Shown in pieces: positions 13,301 to 25,586 of a stretch of 64,000 nucleotides of DNA. The notes beneath the pieces are model-generated. The model did no database searches and was not told the DNA's origin. It saw only the letters and a program-made list of their open reading frames with translations. The position numbers and the translations under genes were made by a program. Position 1 is the first letter of the stretch; each line of letters opens with the position of its first letter. This DNA comes from Camelus dromedarius (lineage: Eukaryota): contig NC_087436.1 of assembly GCF_036321535.1 (NCBI RefSeq), positions 34,412,001-34,476,000 on the forward strand. Reading direction: 5' to 3'.

Positions 13301-14589
13301 AATGCATGCATTTTGAGGAGAAACCTAAACTTTTTATGTTAAGTGCTGGAAGATCAGAAGAGCTGCTTGAAAACAAGCTGGCTGACAGCAAATAAAGAAT
13401 AAAGTATTAGGATGGATGTTAGTATCTCATACCTAAATTACAGACTTGAAGAAATTTAAGATATATTTCCTCATAATACTGAAGTGTAAAAATAACAGAA
13501 AATTAATTTTTAAAAGATAAGAATTTACATGCTGTTATGGTCTTTAAAAATAAGTGTTATTTCACTTAGGTATGAAAAGAAACATGCTTCCTGGAGATTA
13601 GAAAAAAGGTTATAATAATTTTCGAGATAAGAGTGTATGAATAATGACTAAACTTGTGCTTGTTAGATTTCTAAGCAACACGTATCTTAATAAAGTAATA
13701 AGTCAAATCAGGCCATATTTTCAAAATTAAACATGTGTGTGTATTTTTGTTTACTCTAAAGAGATCATTCTTGTCCCAGATCTTCTAGAAAGTTCACCAC
13801 ATGATACAATTGTAAACTAGCAGTAGTAGTCTCCTGGGTATCTTTTAGGAAGGAGGGTCATTTGCCATCACAACACTAGACTTGCTTAGTGCAAAAAAGG
13901 AATGTCTACATATAGTCTCCACCTTTTTTGAGGATATTCTTTTCATAACTTTTAAATTCCAGACATACCTCAAATGAATTCATGGAAATCTGTTATAAAA
14001 CCTTAGAACAACTTTTGTATAAAAACTCAAGAAAAATGCAACAGATTGAGTATCTCAATATATAAAACAAAGTGAAGATTATTGGATATTAAAGAGTAGA
14101 TGTTAAGCATGGGTATTTATTCCACATCTTACCTTACTGAATAACTAATTTGTTTTGATTTATAAACAATTCATGCCCAAACATTTCATTTTTTATTTTT
14201 GTTTTTCTTTGGTATCGTTTGTCCAAAGCTACTCAAATAATTGAGAGATTTTAGTTTTGGCTAAGAAATGTTTGATATATTAAGGTCATTTTCCCTTTAA
14301 TATTTTCCATGTAATTATGTATGAATAAAAAGGTTTACATTAATAAAATATATTGGAAATGTTATGAGTAATTTAAGAATGAAAATATGTAATTGATAGA
14401 AAATAGATAAGTTGTGATTCAAAGAATCAGAGATTCTGAGTGTTAGACAAAACAAAGTTCAGTGCAAGTTCCCTGCAACATGGATTTCTGGGCTATCGTT
14501 AAACTCAGTGCCTGGCCTTCTCCTTGGTCTTTCAGAAGTTGCGTTTCTGAAACTCAGAATTGGATACTATGACTAAATGAGAATAACAA

Positions 14590-15440
14590 GGTAAGGACTC
14601 TGAACCCAATTCTAATGGGGAGGGAGGTTCCCACATCTCCAAGCGATTGTGTGGCACTAGCCAGGTCTCCTACAATTCAGCTCAATTCTGACACTGTCAC
14701 CTGGAGATAGCATCAGATCCCAGATATACGGTTTAGTCCTACAAAATGCTCCCCCCACCCCCACTTCAGATGCCAATAGCAAACCCAGGTTGCTACTAAC
14801 ACTCCTGACTGACTATAGATCAGCGATTCCAATAACCTCCTTCTTGGACTTTAGATGCCAGCCCCAATTCCAGTTTGTTACTAGTACTTCTGACCAACTG
14901 GCCATAAATCAGACGATCTCTTGACCGTCTCCTTGGGTTCAATTAATTTTCTAGAGTGGGTCACAGAACTCAGAGAAATGTTTTACTTATAAGATCACTG
15001 GTTTATTATAAAAGCATGTAACTCAGGAACAGCCAAATGGAAGAGATGCCAGGGTCAGGTACAGAGAAAGGGCTTCCATACTCTTTCCAGGTGGGCCACT
15101 CTCCAAATCTCCATGTATGTTCACCAAACTGGAAACTCTCTAAACCCTGTCTTTGGGGGTTTTGTGGAGGCTTCATTACAGAGGTGTGACTGATTAGGTC
15201 ACTGGTCATTGGCCTAATTTAACCTGCAGCCCCTCTCCCCTCTCCAGAGGGCAAGAGGTGAGACTGAAAGTTCCAACCCTCTAATCACAGGTTAGTTCTC
15301 CAGGCAACCAGCCCCCATCCTTAGATTCGATCCAAAGATCACCTCATTACCACAACAAAAGGCACCTTTGTTGCTCTCCTCACAGGAAGTTCCAATGGGT
15401 TTAGAAGCTCTATGCCAAGAATAGACTTCAAGAAATATAC
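14590..15440 (-). mobile_element. MER21-like solo LTR
   Basis: tcctacaattcagctcaattctgacact...ctggagatagcatcagatccca...ctagagtgggtcacagaactcag...ggaggcttcattac...gaaagttccaaccctctaatcac. Confidence 0.8.
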
Positions 15441-15896
15441 TAAATAAATTTGCCAATCTTAGTTCTCTTCTTTGTCTTTTCTGGTTCTTGACTATCCTGC
15501 AAATTTGCTTTTATATTAGTTTCTGTCTGTTTTGCCTTAGTGACTTGAAAATATGCTACACACTATGTTGCTCAACTATATGAAAAAATTATTGACTTAA
15601 TTCATTTATTGATACTACTATTTTGATCATTGTTTTTGTTTGAGGAAACATAGCAAATTATTATTTAGAGATATAAAAGCCTCTTATTTTAAGGTCAAAT
15701 TTCTATTCAAGTGTCTTGTTGAGCCCTTTGAGATGCCAACTCTTAGAAAAAGTTGAGTATTAAATTTTCTTTGAGATCAAAAATACCCCAGCTTAGCCAA
15801 AGCTTATAAGATCAGGTTTCTATTTATGTCTATCATGCATTCTTTTAACCTTATTGAAACTGCAGTTGTCAGAAAAAGATAAATGCTATTCTTTTT

Positions 15897-16067
15897 TTGT
15901 GTGTGTATACATATATTCATTTTCGTATTATTTTTCACCGTGAGCTACTACAAGATATTGACTATATTTCCATGTGCTAAACAGTATAAACTTGTTTATC
16001 TATTTTATATATACCAGTCAGTATCTGCAAATCTCAAACTCCCAGTTTATCCCTTCCCACCCCTCTC
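15897..16067 (-). mobile_element. Short 5'-truncated L1 3' UTR insertion with TSD
   Basis: Colinear with the 3' UTR of the L1 at 39103-39400; flanked by aatgctat(t/g)cttttt at 15882-15896 and 16068-16082. Confidence 0.8.
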
Positions 16068-16339
16068 AATGCTATGCTTTTTAAATGAATAAAATTCCCA
16101 ACTCAGTAGAAGACTTGGTTTGGTCTGGATTTGTAGTCTATTAAAGCTCAGCTAGAAACAGGGCTCCTGCAACAGTAAAAATTTGCCTGGCTTCACCTGG
16201 CTTTGTTCACCATTCTTCAAGACCCAGTTCAGGTCCTCTGGGGATTTTCCCCTAACTTCTCCAAGTCTGGGTTAGCGTCATTTTACAAAACATCCTTACT
16301 AAGCCCAAACAGTATAACACACTCAATCAGTTGTTCTGG

Positions 16340-16491
16340 AAGTGTTTTCCCAAGAACAGCAAAATCAGCATTTCTCTGGAACTTGTTAGTAACGCAAGAC
16401 CTTGTGCCCCACCACTTCTTGAATCAGAAATTCTGGGGGTGGCACTCTGCAGACTGTGTGTTCAGGCATTCCAGATGGTTAAAGACAATTG
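16340..16491. mobile_element. MER5A (hAT-Charlie) MITE
   Basis: atcagcatttctctggaacttgttagtaacgcaa...gaatcagaaattctgggggtgg...tgtgtgttcaggcattccagatg. Confidence 0.7.
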
Positions 16492-17944
16492 TACCGAACA
16501 TATTCCATTGAATCTTTTATTTACCTATTTAATTCCTAGCACAGTATTGTCCTCTAGAATGTGTCTAATAAATGTTTATTATATCAATTATCAAAACGAA
16601 ATTCAGGCCAGATAAACCTCTCAGGTCTGGCTAGAGGCTAGATTCTAGATTCAGTCCATTTCATTCTACTGTTCTAAAAAAATAAGTGCCAAAAAATGAA
16701 AGAATTCAGTTTTGTAAGAACAGTGAATGGAAAATAAATTTTGGAACAAATAAAAAGAAAATTAAAAATACTGATAGTATTGATTTATTGTTTAGTCTAG
16801 TTATTGTTCTGGTCTAATTTTTGACTAGATATAAATCAAATAGTTATTCTCCTCCATAGGTTTTTATTTATTTTTTCCTTTGGAAATTCTCTTGCTAAAG
16901 GAGTAAATGTTAACTCACAGGTATCTTAGAGAATAATTCTTAGAAAACTGGGAAGTATTTTTTAACTGTCACAAAGTGACTTATATCTATCAAGAGATAA
17001 TTATACCTACGTGGGTATATGTATCTGTAAGATAATGTATGCATATCCACAGGTATATAGCATGTAGACGTGATTCTGGTATATATTCATGCATGATACG
17101 TCTGTATATGTTTACATATGATAAAGTAATAATAAAAATTTCATTTGACTCTAAAATCTACACAAACATTCAAATAGCTAATCATTGGACCTCCATGACA
17201 GTTTTTTCTGAACAAGTATAAATAGATCAAAGTTTAGGTGAGTTTCCAAATCCTGCTGCCATAGTAGTATTTATAAGCAAGCTCTAACTTACTGCTAATC
17301 AGATGTGCTTGACGAGTAAATGAGTATTCTTGTGATTATGTACAATTTGTCTGTGTATGAACCTATAGTCCCTTCTAGACAGGAGAAGTGAAGATGCCAG
17401 TTCTGTTTGAGGTAAAAAGTGTGTACATTAACTTATCAGTGTGTAAAGAGTTATTTTTTTGAGGGAGAGGACTTTCTGTGAAAGACTATATTAATCCGTC
17501 ATCAATTAGACTAAACATTTCAGCAAATCATGTAAAATTTATTTTCCTTTAGATGATGTAGATTTCCAGTCTGTTATTTTAGTTTTTGCATCACTAGAGG
17601 CCACTGTTGTCTTTTCAATAGATTTCATAACTAGGAAGTCTCTAAATACACTGTCTGAATAATCTTAAAAGCGATAGACTTTAGAAATAGGAGGAAAAAA
17701 ATGCATTATTTTTTGTGCAGTCAGCCAATTTGAAATTTTTAAAAAGTGATTTTAAGTACACAAAGCAAAATGTGAAATTTTCATTTAAAAATTGTCATTA
17801 TATTTATATACAAATATAAATGTTACTCCTTACATGGCATTTGTTTCCCCAAAATCAGTGTTCTTCAATACTATGGAAGGATCATAAACCTACTTTCAGT
17901 GAAATATCTTTGAAAAATGATGGATTCTAAAAGATCCATCAATA

Positions 17945-18125
17945 ATAGTGTAGTATGATACAAGTTACTGGAGTGCCAAACATTGTTCTAAGAATATTAC
18001 ATTCATTATACAATTTAGTTCTCATTATAGCCCTGTGAGTTATCTACTGGTGGTATTCTCAATGTATAGTTGAGGAAACTAGGGGACAGAGAATTTAAAT
18101 AAATGGCCCAAGATGGTATGCCATT
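17945..18125 (-). mobile_element. MIR
   Basis: gtgccaaacattgttctaag...tatagttgaggaaactaggggacagagaatttaaataaatggcccaag is the antisense MIR core. Confidence 0.75.
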
Positions 18126-18282
18126 AACACTGCGTTACAAGGGCTACCTAAAAAAAGTAGAAATGGGATACAGCTGTATGTATGTGTTTATGTACGTATG
18201 TGTTTATGTATATGTATAGAATTATATGTGGATACACACACACACTCTCACAAATTTTGATAATAATTTCATTGTCCAGAGC

Positions 18283-18708
18283 TGTACAGGGTCTGAGATT
18301 TTACCCTACTCACTAGAAAATTAACCTGTTACTGTTTAATATCTGCTGACAAAAAACATGAAACTCCTGGGTCAGAGACAAAGGACTTTATTACTCACAG
18401 CAAAAGCAGTAGCCAGAGCTTCCTAGTTGTGTCTGGTTCCCCATGCCCTCCCGATCTCATGGATGTCACGCATGCAGTGGATCGTACTACAGCAGAGGAA
18501 CACACAGCTTGGGGGATTTACTGCTTTCATAGCAAGTGAGAACAAACCTGCTCTCAGTCCAGGGAGAGGTGCTGTCTTGTTTCTTAAGGTTTCTCACTGC
18601 AATCACAGCCTTGAGAAATAGCTCAGATAGAAAGCTTGTCAGGGCTTTAAATTTTTAGAATACCCAGCACGAACAAGCAGATATCAGGGCAGATTTCCTC
18701 TCCAAACA
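18283..18708 (-). mobile_element. ERV-class solo LTR (family not determined)
   Basis: TG...CA ends (tgtacagg...ccaaaca), antisense poly(A) signal in gactttattactcacagc, ~425 bp. Confidence 0.55.
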
Positions 18709-18810
18709 GTCATTATTTGTTGTTGATAAAAAGAGGGTTTTAAAAAATTTTATGTGTTTTTTATTTTATGCTATTTAATGGCTCACTCCTCAATCTTCAA
18801 AGGACAGAGG

Positions 18811-18850
18811 AATGGGTAATGGTAATGGTAATGGTAATGGTAATGGGTAA
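18811..18850. repeat. (GGTAAT)n microsatellite
   Basis: aatgggtaatggtaatggtaatggtaatggtaatgggtaa. Confidence 0.95.
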
Positions 18851-19231
18851 AGCAAGACAAAGATAAATATATTTCCCTCAGATATATTTCTGTACCTTTC
18901 TCTTAGTCTGTATTAATTTTGCTTGGCCGTCTCAGCATGTTTTCTTTATTTCCTCATTCTGACTTATTTCATTCCCATTCATTAATAAGTATTTATTCAG
19001 TGCCTACTTTGTGTAAGTAAATTTTCTGTGTAAAGAACACTTCAACAAACTCAAAATAGAAATTTAATTTTGTCTAATTATTTAAGATGTAATTTTTTTA
19101 AAGTCTGGTATATGAGAAGGTTCCAATTTTTTTTTTTACTTTGTATCAAGTACCATGTATCAAAGGCAAATTGCATTTATAAAATTATTCCTTGATATTA
19201 TGAATATTAGCAGCTATACTACCACTAAAAT

Positions 19232-20113
19232 TATTTATTTTTAATTGAAGCATAGTTGATTTATATTATTATATTAAGTTCAGGTGTACAGCATAGTGAT
19301 TCAGAATTTTACAGATTATGTTCCATTAGAAGTTATTACAAGATAATGGCTAAAATTCCCTGTACTATATAATATATCCTTGTTGCTTATCTATTTTTTA
19401 CATAGTAGTTTCTATCTTTAATTCCATACTCCTACTGTGCCTTTTCCTCTTCTCCTCTTTGGTAACCACTAGTTTGTTTTTTATATCTATGAGTCTGTTT
19501 CTGTTTTGCATATATATTCACTTATATTTTTTTTAGATTCCATATAGAAGTTATATCATACAGTATTTGTCTTCCTCTGTCTGACTTAATTAATTAAGCA
19601 GAATATTCTCTAGGTCCATCCACATTGCTGCAAATGGCAGAATTTCAATCTTTTTTCTGGCTGAGTTATATTCCATTATTCATATGTGTATGCATCTATA
19701 CATGTTTATACATTCATATACATGTAATATGTCACATCTTCTTTATCCGTTTGTCTGTTGATGGGGACTTGGGTTGCTTCCGTTTGTCTGTTGATGGGGA
19801 TAGTGCTGCTATCATCATTGGTGTGCATGCTACCTTTTTGAGACAGAGCTTTTGTTTTTTTCTGGATATATTTCCAGGAGTGGAATTGCTGGATCATAGG
19901 GTAGTTCTATTTTTAGTTTTTTGAGAAGCCTCCATTCTATTTTCCTTAATGGCGGCACGAATATAAGTTCCCATCAACAGTGTATAAGGACTCCCTTTTC
20001 TCCACATCCTCTCCAATATGTGTAATTTGTGTTCTTTTAATGTTGTGAGGTGATATCTCATTGTTGTTTTGATTTCATTCCTCTAATTATTAGTGATGTT
20101 GAACATCTTTTCT
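19232..20113 (-). mobile_element. L1 3' end (artiodactyl-age, ORF2 C-terminus + 3' UTR)
   Basis: ttttaattgaagcatagttgatt...ctaggtccatccacattgctgcaaatggcag...ggagtggaattgctggatc...gtgaggtgatatctcattg. Confidence 0.9.
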
Positions 20114-21799
20114 TTAAAACTGTTTCTTGTTTTATTTTGTAAAGTAGCTTTAACTTTTCTCTATTTGTTGAAATCTAATAGTAATCTCTGAAAACAATTT
20201 TATTCTCAATAGTTACGTGTTTTTCAAGATAAAATAATTTGAAATCACTATTTATAATAATTTTGCATTATAATAATATAATAATAATAATAAATAATCT
20301 TTATACATTACCATTTATCTTACATTCTGCTTTAGTAGTTATAACATTGTCTTTTACTGAAAATCACAGAGTAAGAAATCTGACCTCACAAATGGATTTC
20401 TAAATGCCCTCAAAATCCAAAAGTCATACAATATAGTTAAAAATAGAATAAATTTTAGATAATGGCAACTTAATACTGGAATTGATAATATAAATATGGT
20501 ATCTAAGTGCATACTGATTTATCATTCTTTTTGGTAAAAATAAATGGCAGGATCTAATCCCAAATTTCAAATACTAGTTACATGACATTGAATTGTTCAT
20601 GTCATACTTAATCTTCATCCATTCTGAGAAAAGAAAGTTTAAAAGTATTATTAAAGAGCTTTTCTTGAATTTTAAAAATATAATTAACATATTGGAAAAG
20701 AGAATATGTATTCTATTATGAAAATTGTATCAATATACATTGGTACAGTGAAAGATTTTTTACTTTGAATCAAAATTCCAATATTCCACTTCTTGAATTA
20801 TTACATTTCAGTTGTGAACTTAATTTTTTAAGTTAAATTTGGCAGAAGCCTTGAAGATTTGCTATTCTACTCATCCACATAATTCAGAGAGGAAGATGTG
20901 CCTGCAGATGTGCTTATAAGGTTGCCACCCATTCTCCACATGAACATCATCCAAATTTATTTTTCATATAATACAGTTATACTGATACCTGTTCATTCAA
21001 ATATTTTAGATTAATTTAGAGTAGCATGATGCTCTAGAGGGAAGTCTATGGGTTTTAGAATAAGACAACTTGCACCATGAGCTCTGCCACATACTAACCA
21101 AAAATATTGGTATTTGTACTTCCTGAATCTCCATTCTCTCAATTTCTTTCACATCCTTAGAATGTCAGAGTGAAGATGTGGGAGAGGTAAAATTGTCTTC
21201 ATGACATGAAATAACACAGGTTAGAGACCTAGAAGTCTGCCTAGAAATCAGTCAATGTTTAGTTACTCTTGTTTCTTTTGCCATCCCTCTTACATCAGTT
21301 TTTATGATGCCTTTGTAGCCCAGGGTAATTCTATACCTTTCACATATACTATCCTATGCACAGAGAGAATATAATATAGATAATAGCAGCACTCTAAATA
21401 ATGAAAAAGAGGAATATAAGCATATTAGCTATTCTAAAATATTTACAGAAAGTCATTTCTTTTTGTATCAGTAAACATAATTCAAAAGTATTTCACTAGC
21501 TATTTCTTTCTTTGAAGGAGTAGAGGGTCAACTACCAATCTATCATTTTAGGGGCAGGGAATTTTCTTCTATTACTCAACAATGATGAAGCTATAACTAG
21601 TTTTTAATTCCATGCAAGTTTTCTATCCATTGCATGAATTTATTTCTCTGCAAATCTGATGTGACGTGAGATTAAATAATGCTAGAAACATACATTCCTT
21701 TGAAAACTAAGGGGATAATTGATTATTCCTTGTACACTTTTTATCCAAAAACCCTGCTATAAAATTAAATAGGGAGTTGATAGAACACCCAGGAGGCTT

Positions 21800-22400
21800 T
21801 ATCAGTGTCATTTAAATGGTTAATTACTAGGAGAAGGAAGAAGAATGTGACTTAGACAGTAGACTTCCTGAGAATGTGAGGGAGTTTAGAGTTTATTCCA
21901 TATAAGGACTATTCTTGGCAATCATACTTTACAACTAGAATCTATAAGGTCCCATAAACATCAACAAATTTGCTCAACTGAAAATATTTGGATAGGTCCC
22001 TAAGTGTTCTTATTTTCACAGGTAAAACACTTCAAAGCCATTATGAGCTTTAAGAGAAATGAATTCTTCTAAGGTGCTCTATTGACACACTAACCTCATT
22101 GGCTATTTCTCCAGGATACTTAATATAATGATTGTAAGTACAAGCTCTTACATTAATTATGGCATTGTATCTGTACCTCAATGGGAGGGTCGTAAAATTG
22201 GTAAAATAAATCATCGATCCTTGGATTGATGATGTTGCACATTTGAGAGAGAGTTATGAGCAAATTAATGCAGGATTGGTTGCATCGAATGAAGGCTCTT
22301 GTACAAACTGGTATGACTTTTTCATTAACTAAACCATCAATAGTCATTGCTTTCACACATCCAGTCCATATTTTAAACAGCTGACTAAAATATCCATGAC
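21800..22400 (-). mobile_element. Very old non-LTR RT relic (RTE-X/L4-like), tentative
   Basis: Minus frame GLVNEKVIPVCTR..NQSCI..ITL..FYDPPI, then shifted LM*ELVL, resembles RT motifs IPV.RGVKQGCILAP.LF...PP...LMYADDLVL. Confidence 0.35.
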
Positions 22401-22431
22401 TGTTACTTAATTACTGAACGAACAATTAGAC

Positions 22432-22647
22432 CAGATGTCAGCAGACTTTCTGTAAAGACCAGATAGTATTTTTAGCTTTGCAGGCCATCTGATCTCTGTC
22501 CTAAATAGTCAGCTCTGCCACTGTAGCATGAAAACAATCAGAGACAATATATAAATTAATGGGCATGGCTGTGTTTCAGTAAAACCATTTACCAAAAATC
22601 AACTAGCAGCTCAGACTTTGAGTGTGAGCTATAGTTTGCTATTCTTG
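22432..22647. mobile_element. MER58A (hAT-Charlie) MITE, complete
   Basis: ctttctgtaaagaccagatag...gggcatggctgtgtttcagtaaaac...atagtttgct; perfect 8-bp TSD aattagac at 22424-22431 and 22648-22655. Confidence 0.9.
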
Positions 22648-23817
22648 AATTAGACCAACCACAGCATTTTAGCTTATGCTTCCCATGTAAATCCATGAGG
22701 ACAGAGGTGCCATCTTAACCTTTGACCTGTAGAACTTTGCATAGAACCTGGAAGATAGGAAGAGTTAATAAAATTTGTTAAATTAAAAAGTAAATGTGTA
22801 TACACTATAAAATAATTTCTAAGAATTCTCCAAATGGTTCCTTCACACAAAACTTGATTTGTATTAGATGTACTTTAGAAACATAATTTGGATGAATTTT
22901 ACTATAGTTGTCAGGATACATGTCCTAACATTTGACATAATTTCTAGGTTATTAGAGGTATATACCTTAGAAAATCCTGTCTTATCAGCATTTTTAAGAG
23001 TAGTCCCAAGATAGAAGACCACAACAATCCTCTTAAGTTACATGGTCTTTAATGGACAAGGGGACCCTCCTTAGGACATAAGCCGTGGAGACTATTCATA
23101 TACATTCTGTTTGTCTATTGTCTTAAAACATTATATATATATAATTTATATATATATATAAATAAAATAAGGATAGTTTGAAATGTCAAATTGAGAAATG
23201 TGGCCATATATGCAGACAATCAGAATCACACAGAGATAATTTCAAAGGGAAATGAGGACACAGGTGACAATCACACAGGAAATAAATAGCAATATAGGAA
23301 AATAAAAGCCAAGGATTATAAAGGTTAGAAATAAAGAATAAGGAAATAAAAGTAAAAATAAAATTATAAATAATTCTTTGAGTAGGATAAAGAGTAAATT
23401 GAGATGCTAAACAAATCAAATGGATCTGTAAGGTATTATCCTAAACCAGCAGACTAAGAAAGGGATAGATAACTGAAAGTATAGCAAATTACTGGGCCAT
23501 CTATTCCTCGAGGAACCAGGTATAGTATTTGACAAACATGTAAATAAAATAGCAATTCTCTATCTGAAGTTCTTTGATAAGATGATTGGAAATTCTAACA
23601 CGAATATTGAATGAAAGAAAAATATGGGAAACAATATAACAGCAACTAACAGAACGAAGACAGAAACTTAGAGAGATTTAAAAAAAGCTATTAACTTAGT
23701 GAAAGCATAAAAAAAGTGTGTATATATTTAGATTTTAAGTTTTATAAAGAATCCATTGATAACTTACATAGCGCTTGTACAGACAACATGCGTGACTGCT
23801 TGAGAGATATAGCAACA

Positions 23818-24250
23818 GGTGATTAGGTTTGCTCAGGCTGCAAACAACAGGAACATAAACTACAGTGTCTTGATCACTTGTAAGTTCAATTCTCATGGAA
23901 GGAGTCCAAATGGCAGGTAGCCCAGGACTGGACAGCCCTCCAGGTGGAGACACTGAGATACAGACTCCTCCTCGCCTCCTGCTCATGGGTGCAAGACGGC
24001 TGCTTTGTCTCCAGACAACTATTCCACACCCCAGACAGAAAGCAGATTGCAAATGTTGACCTTTGCCAGCTAGACCTTTCCCTTTTCAATATGAAAAATA
24101 ATTTGCTTTCAGTAAAATCCATTTGACTGATTTCAACTTTGATCGTCTTGCTCAGTATAATACCATACAGCTGTACTTAGGAGCAAGGAGGCTTTGGGAA
24201 TTTAGAATTTTAACAGGACACATTGCAAACCTGAATACAATCCTGTCTCT
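23818..24250 (-). mobile_element. Old MaLR LTR (MLT1-type) fragment
   Basis: gattaggtttgctcaggctgcaaacaacagg...gtccaaatggcaggtagcccagg...caaggaggctttgggaatttag. Confidence 0.5.
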
Positions 24251-25434
24251 TGTTTAAAAAAATGGATATTCAACAGAAGACTAGGAGGGAAAAGGCAAAA
24301 CAAGGCATATATCTGTATCACCTGTATCTATATTGATAATCTATAGGTAAAACCTAGCGAAGGCAGGACCAAAGCCTCTGAATGCTCTAATTCATGATGA
24401 TGCTGTGTACATAAAGGTGTTTGTTAAATTAATGATAGGTAGCATCTTAGATTTGGAAAAGACTTCAGGGATCGTCTTTTTCTCTTCCTTATTTTACATA
24501 TCCTCTTTACAGTCATGTAAGATTCATGTGAGAAAACTGACTTGCTTACAACACACAGCAACTTAGTCTCCTGATTTCTTGTTCCTCCAAATCCAACCAT
24601 ATACTCTTCTATTTTATTGGAAACATTACTCTGCCTTTTAAAGTAAGGAACTCACAGCATAGCAAATTTGGAGAGTCTAGGTTCAGTGTTTCTGAATATT
24701 TCTTATTCTGAATATTCTTATCATACCTGTATTTGGCAGGTCGATGGCTAAGCAAAGGCTATGTAGAGTTAGAAAATGCTTATTTTGCCAAAGCAGAAAT
24801 CTTGTTTGGCAGAGGTGGAAGTACACAGTTACAAGCTAATATGCAAATATAACAACTATCATATATGTCTAGAATAGGGGTGGGGAGTGATAGCACCAGA
24901 AATCCGTGTATGTAATGACCATAAACATTTAGAAATGATAATGATGGTGCTTGGAAATCTGTATAACAACAGAAGGATGGAAGATGAAGTAGCTCTCCGC
25001 CTAAGGGCACAAGACACATTCTGAACAAAAGCAAAACAGTGTGTATGTAGAAATCATTTTCTGTAATGCTTTCATTTAAATTTATGCTTATTTTAAAGTT
25101 GTAAAAGATACGAAGATTAAACTCTTATTTTTTAAGCATATTTAATCTATTTCACTGCAATAAGTCTTGTATTACAACACACCACACATACAGTTGGGCA
25201 GGGATGAGGAATCCCTAAAACTGATGTAATTCTTGAAGAGTTACTGACAAGAATTCCTATTGTAATACAAAAGAGTGCAGTAAATACCTTTTCTCCCCTT
25301 TGTTGTTTGTCAGTATGACTTTCCATCTTTTTTATGTAGCTGCGATCATTTTCTCACATAATTGTTCCTCTTTTAAAATGTTAACTAATACTCCAAGAGT
25401 AATAGTTAAGGAGATGCAATTAAAATAATAATAA

Positions 25435-25586
25435 GGGAGAGGGTATAGTTCAGTGATAGAGTGTGTTCTTAGCAGGCACAAGGTCCTGTGTTCAATCCCC
25501 TGTACCTTCGTTAAAAACAAAACAAACAAAAAAGAATAAATAAATAAACCTAATTACCCCCCCAAAACCACAAATGAATAAATAAA
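25435..25586 (+). mobile_element. Camelid tRNA-Ala-derived SINE with TSD
   Basis: gggagagggtatagttcagtgatagag...gttcaatcccctgtacc...aaataaacctaattacccccc; taaaataataataa duplicated at 25421-25434 and 25587-25600. Confidence 0.9.

Noticed and set aside
14764..14940. ~85-bp imperfect tandem duplication
   Set aside because: Lies within the MER21-like LTR and is most likely intrinsic to that family.
17591..17606. CTCF site (tcactagaggccactg); also gatgagggggcagc near 57290
   Set aside because: Mismatches at core positions; cannot be supported without a PWM scan or ChIP data.
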